Below, piece after piece: positions 63,409-64,000 of a stretch of DNA of 64,000 nucleotides (position 1 is the first letter of the stretch; each line of letters opens with the position of its first letter). The DNA is from a virus. The position numbers and the translations under genes are program-made. The stretch spans positions 96,001-160,000 of IMG/VR virus record IMGVR_UViG_3300042731_011014. One strand, written 5' to 3'. Below the pieces are notes generated by a model. That model was not told the DNA's origin, ran no database searches, and worked only from the letters and a program-made list of their open reading frames with translations.

Positions 63409-64000
63409 TTACTTTACATCGACTCCAATAAGTTCCTTGAGGAAAGTGATCCCAGACTTGTCCATTCTTCGCCTAGTCTCTCTTAAAATATTCCCCGGCC
63501 AACTGGGACCACTAGTAACAAAACCGGTCAATGCCTGTACGGCTGATGCTCCGTTTCTTATGTACTTGAGAAAATTACCCGCGGTGCGGACACCTCCAAC
63601 ACCAATAATAGGCATTCTACCTTCAGTTATTCTGTAAATATCTTTTACCATGGCTACGCCGTGATCATAAATAGGCCTTCCACTCATTTCGCAATCATAA
63701 TCACCGCCTATTTTCTCACTTAACCTAGTGCTGATCGTATTAATTACAACAAATCCAGTAAATCCGGCGTTAATAGCCCAGTCAACTTTTTTACCTAAAT
63801 CGCCAGCTCGATCATGGTAACCAAGCTTAACAAAAACAGGGTAATTTATTTCAGTAAAATTCCTAATTGCTACCCTAATCCTTTCATCCTGAATATTAGA
63901 ATCAAACCGCTCTCCATCAACGATCGGACATGACATGTTAATGGTCACATAATCAAATCCTAGCTTGCCAATTAAATGATCAGCAATATCTATAATATGA
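63409..64000 (-). CDS. pyrD: Dihydroorotate dehydrogenase, C-terminal part (runs off the right edge)
   Basis: Frame open to the edge: ...GFDYVTINMSCPI, VINTI, MSGRPI, MPIIGVGGV, GASAVQALTGFVTSGP. Confidence 0.88.
   Translation of the reverse strand, partial: HIIDIADHLIGKLGFDYVTINMSCPIVDGERFDSNIQDERIRVAIRNFTEINYPVFVKLGYHDRAGDLGKKVDWAINAGFTGFVVINTISTRLSEKIGGDYDCEMSGRPIYDHGVAMVKDIYRITEGRMPIIGVGGVRTAGNFLKYIRNGASAVQALTGFVTSGPSWPGNILRETRRRMDKSGITFLKELIGVDVK

Noticed and set aside
344-63637. All plus-strand ORFs in the track and the short alternative-frame minus-strand ORFs
   Set aside because: They lie inside or antisense to long, motif-bearing minus-strand genes, have shadow-like composition and lack SD sites
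1-64000. tRNA or rRNA genes
   Set aside because: No cloverleaf or rRNA-like segment recognised in the few intergenic gaps; a tRNAscan-SE run would be needed to be certain

Overview
A 64-kb slice of the virion-morphogenesis region of a large, AT-rich myovirus (jumbo-phage-like). Essentially every real gene is on the minus strand, and TAA, TAG and TGA all act as stops. In transcription order (right to left): a partial dihydroorotate dehydrogenase; two tandem DNA adenine methyltransferases; large terminase; a T4 gp20-like portal interrupted by four inteins; prohead protease fused to a scaffold; gp23-like major capsid; gp13-like neck; a third methyltransferase; small putative internal head proteins sharing an N-terminal leader; tail completion genes; contractile sheath; two tubes; a tail chaperone with a -1 slippery site; an accessory island with palindromic repeats and an antirepressor; tape measure; baseplate; and a long run of fibre/receptor-binding genes including four tandem paralogs. 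Most notable: (1) a 449-bp non-autonomous IscB element that keeps an apparently complete omega/HEARO RNA, has lost the inside of iscB, and sits exactly in front of an ATGA start codon; (2) the four-intein portal; (3) a shared candidate capsid-targeting leader; (4) one beta-rich domain apparently reused in capsid, sheath and baseplate wedge. All assignments come from motif recognition by eye; no database searches were run.
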